Assembly: GCA_965223345.1 (NCBI GenBank)
Contig: CBDCWG010000012.1
Coordinates: 416,001-480,000 of the forward strand
Length of the DNA: 64,000 bases
Direction: 5' to 3'
Origin: Nitrospinales bacterium
GTDB taxonomy: Bacteria; Nitrospinota; Nitrospinia; Nitrospinales; VA-1
Position numbers and translations under genes: made by a program. The number at the start of each line of letters is the position of its first letter. The stretch's first letter is position 1. Below are positions 51,621 to 60,503 of this stretch, piece after piece. Below the pieces are notes generated by a model. That model made no database searches. It saw only the letters and a list, made by a program, of their open reading frames with translations, and was not told the DNA's origin.

Positions 51621-53216
51621 GTGAACTCGACACCCAAAGGATACCTCGCGCTGGTCCTGCACGCGCACCTGCCCTTCGTCCGCCATCCGGAGTACGACGA
51701 GTTTCTGGAAGAGGACTGGCTGTACGAAGCGATCACCGAAACCTACATCCCGCTGATCAATATCTTCGACGGCCTGGTGCAGGACGCGGTGCCGTTCAAA
51801 CTGACCATGACGCTGACGCCGACGCTGCTGTGCATGCTGAGCGACCCCCTGCTGCAGGAGCGCTACCGGCGCTTTTTGGACAAGTCCATCGAGCTTTCGC
51901 ACAAGGAACTCGAGCGCACCCGCATGCAGCCGGAGTTTCACCGCACCGCCCAGCTTTATCACTGGCGGCTGGGGCGCTCGCGGGAAACGTTCGTCAACCA
52001 GTATCAGAACAACCTGATCCACGCGTTCAAAAAGTTTCAGGAGCTGGGGCATCTGGATCTCATCACCTGCGGCGCCACGCACGGCTACCTGCCACTCATG
52101 AACCTCAAGCCGGAAGCGGTGCGGGCGCAGATTCAAACGGCGGTCGCCACGCACGAGCGGCACCTGGGCGTCAAACCCAAAGGCATCTGGCTGCCGGAAT
52201 GCGGCTACGCGCCGGGGATCGAACGCCATCTGGAGGAAGCGGGCATCCGCTTTTTCTTCACCGACACGCACGGCGTGCTGCACGCGAACCCGCGGCCGCG
52301 CTACGGCGTGTTCGCGCCGCTGTACTGCCCCAACGGGGTGGCCGCGTTCGGCCGCGACGTCGATTCCTCCAAACAGGTGTGGAGCGCCAAGGAGGGTTAT
52401 CCCGGCGACGCCAACTACCGCGAGTATTACCGCGACATCGGGTTCGACCTGGACTACGACTACATCCGGCCCTACATCGCCGCCACCGGCGAGCGCAAGA
52501 TGACCGGCTTCAAATACCATCGCATCACCGGGGAAACGGACCAGAAAGCGCCCTACGATCCCGACCGGGCGGTGGCGAAGGCCGCCGAGCACGCGGGCAA
52601 TTTCATGTTCTACCGGGAAAAACAGGTGGAGCACCTGGCCGGGGTTCTGGGCAAACCGCCGCTCATCGTCGCGCCCTACGACGCGGAGCTGTTCGGCCAC
52701 TGGTGGTTCGAGGGTCCGGACTGGCTCAATTTCCTCATCCGCAAAATCGCCTTCGACCAGGACACGATCGAGCTCACCCGGCCGACCGATTACCTGCGCC
52801 AGTTCCCAACGCACCAGGTGGCGGAACCGGCGGAATCGAGCTGGGGCTACAAGGGATTTCACGAGTACTGGCTGGGCAACCCGAACGACTGGATCTACCG
52901 GCACCTGCTCAAGGGCGCGGAACGCATGGTGCAGCTCGCGGAGAGCCACCCGCACGCGGACGGGGTCACGGAACGGGCGCTCAATCAGGCGGCGCGCGAG
53001 CTTCTGCTCGCCCAGGGCAGCGACTGGGCCTTCATCATGACCTCGGGAACGATGGTCGAGTACGCCGTCAAGCGCACGCGCGACCACCTGAACCGCTTCA
53101 ACGGGCTGTACGAGGGAATCCGCCATCGCAACCTCGACGAGCGCTGGCTGGCGGAGCTGGAACGGCGGGACAACGTGTTTCCGAACGTCGATTACCGGGT
53201 GTACGCGCCCAACTAG
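51621..53216 (+). CDS. GH57 1,4-alpha-glucan branching enzyme (with DUF1957)
   Basis: LHAHLPFVRHP, WLPECGY (nucleophile), PYDAELFGHWWFEG (acid/base), ELLLAQGSDW. Confidence 0.93.
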   Translation: MNSTPKGYLALVLHAHLPFVRHPEYDEFLEEDWLYEAITETYIPLINIFDGLVQDAVPFKLTMTLTPTLLCMLSDPLLQERYRRFLDKSIELSHKELERTRMQPEFHRTAQLYHWRLGRSRETFVNQYQNNLIHAFKKFQELGHLDLITCGATHGYLPLMNLKPEAVRAQIQTAVATHERHLGVKPKGIWLPECGYAPGIERHLEEAGIRFFFTDTHGVLHANPRPRYGVFAPLYCPNGVAAFGRDVDSSKQVWSAKEGYPGDANYREYYRDIGFDLDYDYIRPYIAATGERKMTGFKYHRITGETDQKAPYDPDRAVAKAAEHAGNFMFYREKQVEHLAGVLGKPPLIVAPYDAELFGHWWFEGPDWLNFLIRKIAFDQDTIELTRPTDYLRQFPTHQVAEPAESSWGYKGFHEYWLGNPNDWIYRHLLKGAERMVQLAESHPHADGVTERALNQAARELLLAQGSDWAFIMTSGTMVEYAVKRTRDHLNRFNGLYEGIRHRNLDERWLAELERRDNVFPNVDYRVYAPN

Positions 53217-53378
53217 CTCATCCCACGGAAAGGGACCGGTCAGACGGAACAGGGCCACCAGGGGCCGGATTCGGCACTCCCAACCGCTCATCGAGGCGCA
53301 GCGCGAGTTTGAGCCGGGCCGGTTTATGCGTTATAATTGAATTCTTTCCCCGGTATCCTTTGTATCCACGGTTCACCC

Positions 53379-54572
53379 ATGAAATATTTGATCGTCGTCG
53401 CCGGCGGCCTGACCGACAAGCCGGTGGCGGAAAAAGACAACAAAACGCCGCTCATGCTCTCGGAAACACCGAATCTGGACCGGTTGGCCCGGACGGGCTG
53501 TGCGGGGACGGTGCAGACAATTCCCGAGGATTTTGACGCCGGGGACGACGTGTCGCTGCTGTCCCTGCTCGGTTACGACCCGAAAGCACATCACGCCGCA
53601 CCGGCGGCGCTGGAAGCGGCGGCATTGGGTGTGGAGCTGGGTGAAGGCGAAGTGCCGGTCTGCTGCGATTTCATCAAGCTGCAGTCCAGCCACAACGACA
53701 TGGTGATGAAAGACTTCACCGGCGGCAACCTGTCCAGCGAGGACGCCAGCCTGCTGCTGGAAGCGCTGGAAGAGCAAATCGAGGAGGCGCGGTTTCACGC
53801 GGGCGAAGGGCCGCACAACCTGATGGTGATCGAAAGCCCGCCGCTCAACGGCAAGCTGAATCCGCCGAACGAGCTGATCGGCGAGGGCATCCGCCGGTTT
53901 CTTCCGGAAGGGGAGGAGTTCAAGGACCTGGTCTACATCATGAACCAGGCGCAGATCATCCTGCACAACCACCCCTACAACCGGGACCGGCAGCGGCAGG
54001 GCAAGGACACGATCAACAGCGTCTGGCTCTGGGGAACGGGCAACGCGCGTCCGCTGCCGGCGTTTCACAACCGGTGCGGCAAATCGGGGGCGGTGGTCAC
54101 GCCTTCGCTGCTTTTCACGGGCATGGCCATAGCGGCGGGGATGCACGCGGTGTTTCTGCGGGGATCGCGCGACGCGCTGGCGGAGCGGTTTCGGGAGGCG
54201 GTCGCGAAGGCGCGGGATGCGCTGGACACGCACGATGTGGTCTACCTGCACATTCCGGATGCGGACACGCTGTCTCTCAAAGGCAACATCGACGACAAAA
54301 TCCTCGCGATCGAGGATTTCGACAGCGAAGTGATGGGGCCCGTGCTCGATCTGGTGGAATCGCGCGGCGACGTGAAACTGCTGTGCGCCGTCGGCCACAT
54401 GGCTTCGGTGGTGCACATGAAGTATTCGAAAGACCGGGTGCCGTTTCTGGCGTTTCCGGCACAAAAAGCGAGCGGCCTTGCGGCCTTCGATGAGGATTTC
54501 ATGATGGATTCCCCGAATCATTTTAAAAGCGGGCCGGCTCTGCTCGAAGCGTTTCTTGAGGAGCGTTTGTGA
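53379..54572 (+). CDS. ApgM-like (cofactor-independent phosphoglycerate mutase family) protein with degenerate active site
   Basis: Scaffold motifs KTPL..SETPNLDRLA, LSLLGYDP, NHPYN..R..QGK..INSVWLWG and KILAIEDFD present; metal ligands and catalytic Ser substituted. Confidence 0.85.
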   Translation: MKYLIVVAGGLTDKPVAEKDNKTPLMLSETPNLDRLARTGCAGTVQTIPEDFDAGDDVSLLSLLGYDPKAHHAAPAALEAAALGVELGEGEVPVCCDFIKLQSSHNDMVMKDFTGGNLSSEDASLLLEALEEQIEEARFHAGEGPHNLMVIESPPLNGKLNPPNELIGEGIRRFLPEGEEFKDLVYIMNQAQIILHNHPYNRDRQRQGKDTINSVWLWGTGNARPLPAFHNRCGKSGAVVTPSLLFTGMAIAAGMHAVFLRGSRDALAERFREAVAKARDALDTHDVVYLHIPDADTLSLKGNIDDKILAIEDFDSEVMGPVLDLVESRGDVKLLCAVGHMASVVHMKYSKDRVPFLAFPAQKASGLAAFDEDFMMDSPNHFKSGPALLEAFLEERL

Positions 54573-55849
54573 TGGCGTCCCTCATCGTGCAAAAATACGG
54601 CGGCACTTCCGTTGGCAGCATCGAGCGGATCAAAAATGTCGCTCAACGCATCGCCAAAACCCGCGAATCGGGCAAGGACATCGTCGTGGTCGTCTCGGCC
54701 ATGGCGGGCGAAACGGACAAGCTGCTGCAGATGGCGCGCTCCATCACCGATTCGCCGGAGCGCCGCGAGATGGATCTGCTTCTGTCCTCGGGCGAGCGCA
54801 TCTCCAGCGCGCTGTTGACCATGGCGCTGCATGCGATCGGCTGCCCGGCCGTGTCGATGACCGGCCGGCAGATCGGCATCCAGACCGACGACAAGCACAC
54901 GCGGGCGCGCATCCGCCAGATCGATGCGGAACGCTGCCTGGAGGTGCTGAAAAAAAACCACGTTGTGGTGGTGGCGGGGTTTCAGGGCATCAACCAGCAC
55001 GGCGACGTGACCACGCTGGGACGGGGCGGGTCGGACACCTCGGCGGTGGCGCTGGCGTCGGTGCTGAAAGCGGAAAAGTGCGAGATCTACACGGACGTGA
55101 CCGGGGTCTTCACCGCCGATCCCAACATGGTGCCCAACGCGCAGAAACTGGACCTGGTGTCCTACGACGAAATGCTGGAAATGGCCAGCCTGGGCGCGAA
55201 GGTGCTGCAGCTGCGCTGTGTGGAGTTCGCGAAAAAATTCAACATGCCCCTGATCGTGCGGTCTTCCTACAACGATGAAGAGGGGACGCTGATCACCAAG
55301 GAGGACCCGAATATGGAACAGCCGGTGGTTTCCGGTATCATGTACGACAGAAATCAGGCCAAGATCACGGTGGTGGGGGTTCCCGATCAGCCCGGCATCG
55401 CCGCCAACCTGTTCACCGCGCTGGCCGAGGCGGCCATCTCGGTGGACATGATCATCCAGAACATCAGCGAGGAGGGACAGACCTCCATTTCGTTCACGGT
55501 GACGACGGAACACCTGAACGACGCGATGACGGTGACCAAGGCGGTGGCCAAACAGATCCGCGCGGAAGAGATCACCACGGATTCGAACATCTCAAAAATT
55601 TCCATCGTGGGCGCGGGCATGAAAAGCCATTCGGGCATCGCCGCCACCATGTTCAAAACCCTGTCCGAGGGCAACATCAATATCATGATGATCAGCACGT
55701 CCGAGATCAAGGTTTCCTGCGTCATCGACCAGAACCACACCGAGGCGGCGGTGCGCGCGTTGCACGACGCCTTCGACCTGAAGTCCGGACCGGCCCTCGA
55801 ATTCAGCGGCAAGGGGGGCTCGCCGGAAAACAAAATGAAAGCCCTGTGA
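54572..55849 (+). CDS. lysC: Aspartate kinase (alpha/beta type with two ACT domains)
   Basis: [42 protein letters not shown] and ISTSEIKVS motifs. Confidence 0.97.
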   Translation: MASLIVQKYGGTSVGSIERIKNVAQRIAKTRESGKDIVVVVSAMAGETDKLLQMARSITDSPERREMDLLLSSGERISSALLTMALHAIGCPAVSMTGRQIGIQTDDKHTRARIRQIDAERCLEVLKKNHVVVVAGFQGINQHGDVTTLGRGGSDTSAVALASVLKAEKCEIYTDVTGVFTADPNMVPNAQKLDLVSYDEMLEMASLGAKVLQLRCVEFAKKFNMPLIVRSSYNDEEGTLITKEDPNMEQPVVSGIMYDRNQAKITVVGVPDQPGIAANLFTALAEAAISVDMIIQNISEEGQTSISFTVTTEHLNDAMTVTKAVAKQIRAEEITTDSNISKISIVGAGMKSHSGIAATMFKTLSEGNINIMMISTSEIKVSCVIDQNHTEAAVRALHDAFDLKSGPALEFSGKGGSPENKMKAL

Positions 55850-55851
55850 CC

Positions 55852-57435
55852 ATGAGACGGATACTGGTTTACGACACAACCCTGAGAGACGGATCGCAGT
55901 CGGAGGAGATCTCCTTCACGGTGGAGGACAAGATCCGCATCGCCCACCAGCTGGACGATCTGGGTGTGCACTACGTCGAAGGGGGCTGGCCGGGGTCGAA
56001 CCCGCGGGACATCGACTTTTTCAAACGGGTCTCGCATTCCAAGTTCAAGCAGGCCAGGATCACTTCGTTCGGCAGCACACGCTATCCGGGGAAAAACGTC
56101 GAAAAGGACGTGCTCATGCAGGCGCTGTTGCAGACGGAAACGGAAGTGGTGACGATCTTCGGCAAGTCCTGGGACATGCAGGTCGAGCAGGCGCTGGGAA
56201 CGGACCGGTCGGAAAACCTGCGCATGATCACCGAAAGCCTGGCGTATCTGAAAAAGCATTTTCAGGAAGTGCTGTTCGATGCGGAACATTTTTTCGACGG
56301 CTACAAAAGCAATCCGGAATACGCTTTGAAAGTGGTGCGGGAAGCGGAATCCGCCGGCGCCGACTGGATCGTATTGTGCGACACCAACGGCGGTTCCATG
56401 CCCTGGGAGATCCGTGAAATCACCGAAACGGTGAAAAAAACGCTGAAAGTTCGTCTGGGCATCCACTGCCACAACGATTCGGAACTGGCGGTGGCGAATT
56501 CGCTCAACGCCGTCAGCGCCGGGGCGGACCAGGTGCAGGGTACGGTGAACGGTTTCGGCGAGCGCTGCGGCAACGCGAACCTCATCTCGGTCATTCCCAA
56601 CCTGAAAATCAAGATGGGGCTGGATTGCATCTCCGACACACAGATGCGCCGCCTGAAGGACGTGTCTGCGTTCGTCAACGAGCTTTCCAACAAAGCGCAC
56701 TGGAGCCATCAGCCCTTCGTGGGCCAGAGCGCGTTCGCCCACAAGGGCGGGGTGCACGTGAGCGCCGTGCAGAAAAACCCGCAGACCTACGAACACATGG
56801 ATCCGGAAGCGGTGGGCAATCACCGGCGCATCCTCGTCTCGGACCTTTCCGGGAAAAGCAACATCCTCTACAAGGCCAAGGAATTCGGCATCGATGTGAA
56901 CGGCAGCGACCCCAAGGTCAAAAACATCCTCGACACGCTGAAATCGATGGAGAACCTCGGGTATCAGTACGAAGGCGCGGAGGGTTCGTTCGAGCTGTTG
57001 ATGCACGAAGCGCTGGGCGACAAGCAGGTGTTTTTCGATTTCGTCGGTTTCCGGGTGATCGTCGAGAAGCGGCGCGAAGACGAAGAACCCATTTCCGAAG
57101 CGACGGTCAAGATCCGCGTCAACGGCGTGCCGGAAGTGACGGCGGCGGAAGGCACCGGACCGGTCAACGCGCTCGACAAAGCCATCAAGAAAGCCCTGAT
57201 CAAATTTTATCCGGAGCTGGCGGAGGTCAACCTGTACGATTACAAGGTGCGCATCCTGGATGAAAAGAAAGGCACCCGCTCCAAAACCCGTGTTCTGGTG
57301 GAATCCGGCGACCCGCACTGCAAATGGGGCACGGTCGGGGTTTCCGAGAACATCATCGAAGCGAGCTGGCAGGCGCTGCTCGACAGCATCGAATACAAAC
57401 TCAACGCCTTCTCCAAGAAAAGCGACTCCCAATAA
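55852..57435 (+). CDS. cimA: Citramalate synthase
   Basis: [41 protein letters not shown] and [11 protein letters not shown] motifs. Confidence 0.93.
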   Translation: MRRILVYDTTLRDGSQSEEISFTVEDKIRIAHQLDDLGVHYVEGGWPGSNPRDIDFFKRVSHSKFKQARITSFGSTRYPGKNVEKDVLMQALLQTETEVVTIFGKSWDMQVEQALGTDRSENLRMITESLAYLKKHFQEVLFDAEHFFDGYKSNPEYALKVVREAESAGADWIVLCDTNGGSMPWEIREITETVKKTLKVRLGIHCHNDSELAVANSLNAVSAGADQVQGTVNGFGERCGNANLISVIPNLKIKMGLDCISDTQMRRLKDVSAFVNELSNKAHWSHQPFVGQSAFAHKGGVHVSAVQKNPQTYEHMDPEAVGNHRRILVSDLSGKSNILYKAKEFGIDVNGSDPKVKNILDTLKSMENLGYQYEGAEGSFELLMHEALGDKQVFFDFVGFRVIVEKRREDEEPISEATVKIRVNGVPEVTAAEGTGPVNALDKAIKKALIKFYPELAEVNLYDYKVRILDEKKGTRSKTRVLVESGDPHCKWGTVGVSENIIEASWQALLDSIEYKLNAFSKKSDSQ

Positions 57436-57439
57436 GACC

Positions 57440-57472
57440 GCGGTGGATTCCCCTCCACCGCTCTCCTTTTTT
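57440..57472 (+). terminator. Putative intrinsic terminator after cimA
   Basis: GCGGTGGA-TTCCCC-TCCACCGC stem followed by TCTCCTTTTTT. Confidence 0.6.
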
Positions 57473-57584
57473 GCCCTCCCCTCTGTCATAAACCCTCATC
57501 GTTTCGCTTTCATAAATCCGTCTTAGGGGTCGTCGTTTCATTGAAATTCTGGGCCTTATATGGTAACCTACTGTTAATATTATT

Positions 57585-57608
57585 TTATGTAGCATTATTT
57601 CTACATAA
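57585..57608. promoter_or_regulatory. Perfect AT-rich inverted repeat (candidate operator) touching the kinase RBS
   Basis: TTATGTAG-N8-CTACATAA, 6 nt before ATG 57615. Confidence 0.5.
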
Positions 57609-57614
57609 GGTGTC

Positions 57615-60494
57615 ATGACCGCCTCCCTTTCCGGTAACGCAGACAACCAATCCGGGCCGCAAGAAACCGGAGGCATCGATACCGTCCTGCCATCCGAAAG
57701 GGGGGAAACCGTCCTGATTTCCCCCTCGCTGCTGCTGTATCTCGCCACCCTGTTCCTCCTCGCCACGATCGGCTGGTACGGCTACCAGAGCGTGGAAAAG
57801 GAAATGAAAAAAAATCTCAGCGCCCAGCTTGCGACCACGCTGTCGGCAAACGTCGAGTCCTTGAAAATCTGGACCGAGGACAAGAAAACCGACGCGGAGA
57901 TCCTCGCCGCCCAGCCGGAAATCCGCGAAAAAATCCTGTCCCTGGTGGCACTCACACAAGAAAAAGACATTTCGGCTGCGTTTCTAAAGCAAACCCCGGA
58001 GTTGGGCTGGTTGCGCGAACACCTGGGGTCGGCGTGCAAAAAATACGGCTTCATCGGCTTCGTTCTGTTCGACCCCACCGGATACCAGGTCGGGGCGCTG
58101 CTCGAGGAACCGGTGGGCAAGCGGCAGATCATCGGCAAATCGGACTTTTTTTACCGCTCGTTGCAGGGAGACACGGTGCTTTCGCATCCTTTCCCGGGTG
58201 AGGTCCCCCTGCCGGATATGAAAGGCGTCTGGCGAAAAAACTGGCCCACCATGTTCGCCTCCACGCCGATCCGCGACCGGGAGAATCGGGTGGTGGGTGT
58301 GCTCGCTTTCCGGATCCGGCCTGAGACGAACTTCACGCAGATTCTGGAAGTGAGCCGCTTCGGCAATACGGGAGAAACCTACGCGTTCAACAAAGAAGGC
58401 CTGATGCTTTCCGACAGCCGGTTCACGGATGAATTGAAATCTCTGGGTCTGATCCCGGCAGAACCGTGGGGCAATGCGATCCTGAACGTTCAACTGCGCG
58501 TGCCGGCGACCTCCCTCCTGCGCAAAAGCGGAGCGGGATCCCAAACATCCGAACCCGCGCCGCTCACCCGCATGGCGGCGAGTGCGGTGCAAGGCACGTC
58601 CTGGCAGGATTTGGACGGGTATTTCGATTACCGCGGCAAGAATGTGATCGGCGCCTGGACCTGGCTTCCGGAACATCATTTCGGGGTGGCGACGGAAATC
58701 GACGTGGAGGAAGCCTTCGGTCCGCTTTACAGCCTGATGCGGGGGTTTTTCCTGATGTTCGGGCTGCTGGTCCTGGCCTCGTTGGCGGCCGGCGGGCTGC
58801 GCTGGCGGCAGATCCGCGTCGAACAGGAGCGCAACCGCGCCTGGGATCAATTGAAGGTGAGCGAAACCTGGCGGCGTTCCATGCTGGACAACGTGATGCA
58901 CGCCATCGTCACCATCGATCCCAACGGCATCATTCAGTCGTTCAACACGGCCGCGGAAAAACAGTTCGGTTACCGGGAAGAGGAAGTCCTGGGAGCCAAC
59001 GTCAACGTGCTGATGCCGGAACCCTACCGGTCGAAACACGACGGCTACCTCGAACGATACCGGGTCACTGGGGAAGCGCGCATCCTCGGCAGTGTGGTCG
59101 AAGTACCGGGACAACACCGGGACGGCTCGGTCTTCGATCTGGAGCTCGCCGTGAATAAAATCTCGGCGGGAACGGGATATTTTTTCACCGGCATCATGCG
59201 CGAGATCACCGAGCGGAAAAAAGCGGACGCCCGGTTGCAATCCCAGGCGCGGCAGCAGGCCGGGGTGGCCGAGCTGGGAAAATCGGCGCTGGCGGGCGCC
59301 GACCCGCAGGATTTGATGTTCCAGGCGGTGCGCCTGCTCAGGCAAACGCTGGATGTGGATTTCGCCCAGGTTCTCGAGCACCATGTGGATACCGACACCT
59401 TCACCATCCGCGCCGGTACGGGATGGGGAGACGGTGTGGTGGGAAAGACCAATATTCCCGGAGGCGATCGCTCGCATGCGGGCTACACGTTCCTGTGCGG
59501 TGTGCCGGTTGTGGTCGAAGACTTCACAAAGGAAACCCGTTTTTCCTGCCCGCCCATCATTCACGAACACGGAGTGAAAAGCGGGGTGAGTGTGCTCATT
59601 CAGGCGGGCAGCGTGCCGTTCGGCGCGATGGGAATCCACACGAAGCAGCAGCGAACATTCGCGGAAGACGAGATCCATTTTCTCGAAGCGGTCGCGCACA
59701 TTCTGGCCACCGCCATCGAACGCAAACAATCCGAGGAACGCCTGCAGCACTACGCACAGGAACTGGAGCGCAGCAACTCGGACCTCGAGGATTTCGCTTC
59801 CATCGCCTCGCACGATCTGCAGGAGCCGTTGCGCAAAGCCTTGCTGTTCGGAGACCGCATCAAAATGACGTCTTCAGAGAGCGCGGGTGAGAGCGTCCTC
59901 TATGTCGAACGCCTGCAACGGTCGATGCATAAAATGAAGGATTTCATCAACGACCTTTTGCTGTTCTCGCGCACCACACGCCCGGGCAAACCGTTCGAAC
60001 GGATCGATCTGAACGAGATGCTCAAGGCAGTGGTTTTCAATCTTGAAGAAATGGTCAACCGGGAGGAAGGCACGGTGCGGCTGCACACGCTGCCGGCGGT
60101 GGAGGGAAACCGGTTTCAGTTGACGCAACTGTTTCAAAATCTCATTGCCAACGGATTGAAATACCATCGCAAAGGAGAACCGCCGCAGGTGGAGGTGCGG
60201 TGCCGGCACGAATCCCGGGACGACTGTGAGATCGTGGTCGAAGATCGGGGGATCGGCATCGATCCCAAGTACCATGAAAAAATTTTCAAACCCTTCGAGC
60301 GGCTGCACACCGACCGGGATTACAGCGGCAACGGCATCGGGCTCGCCATCTGCGCGAAAGTGATCAACCAGCACCGGGGAACGATCCGCATCGAAACCCC
60401 CGCAGCGGGAGGCAGCGCCTTCGTCATGTGCATTCCCAAACAGCAGCACAAAACCTCTTCCCCGATTCCGCAGGCAGCAAAAACCAGAAACTGA
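57615..60494 (+). CDS. Membrane sensor histidine kinase: Cache-like, FixL-type PAS, GAF, HisKA, HATPase
   Basis: Two TM segments; PAS NVLMPEPYRSKHDGY; GAF ...F.EDEIHFL; ASHDLQEPLR; QNLIANG, DRGIGI, GIGLAIC. Confidence 0.93.
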   Translation: MTASLSGNADNQSGPQETGGIDTVLPSERGETVLISPSLLLYLATLFLLATIGWYGYQSVEKEMKKNLSAQLATTLSANVESLKIWTEDKKTDAEILAAQPEIREKILSLVALTQEKDISAAFLKQTPELGWLREHLGSACKKYGFIGFVLFDPTGYQVGALLEEPVGKRQIIGKSDFFYRSLQGDTVLSHPFPGEVPLPDMKGVWRKNWPTMFASTPIRDRENRVVGVLAFRIRPETNFTQILEVSRFGNTGETYAFNKEGLMLSDSRFTDELKSLGLIPAEPWGNAILNVQLRVPATSLLRKSGAGSQTSEPAPLTRMAASAVQGTSWQDLDGYFDYRGKNVIGAWTWLPEHHFGVATEIDVEEAFGPLYSLMRGFFLMFGLLVLASLAAGGLRWRQIRVEQERNRAWDQLKVSETWRRSMLDNVMHAIVTIDPNGIIQSFNTAAEKQFGYREEEVLGANVNVLMPEPYRSKHDGYLERYRVTGEARILGSVVEVPGQHRDGSVFDLELAVNKISAGTGYFFTGIMREITERKKADARLQSQARQQAGVAELGKSALAGADPQDLMFQAVRLLRQTLDVDFAQVLEHHVDTDTFTIRAGTGWGDGVVGKTNIPGGDRSHAGYTFLCGVPVVVEDFTKETRFSCPPIIHEHGVKSGVSVLIQAGSVPFGAMGIHTKQQRTFAEDEIHFLEAVAHILATAIERKQSEERLQHYAQELERSNSDLEDFASIASHDLQEPLRKALLFGDRIKMTSSESAGESVLYVERLQRSMHKMKDFINDLLLFSRTTRPGKPFERIDLNEMLKAVVFNLEEMVNREEGTVRLHTLPAVEGNRFQLTQLFQNLIANGLKYHRKGEPPQVEVRCRHESRDDCEIVVEDRGIGIDPKYHEKIFKPFERLHTDRDYSGNGIGLAICAKVINQHRGTIRIETPAAGGSAFVMCIPKQQHKTSSPIPQAAKTRN

Positions 60495-60503
60495 AACCGC
60501 AGG

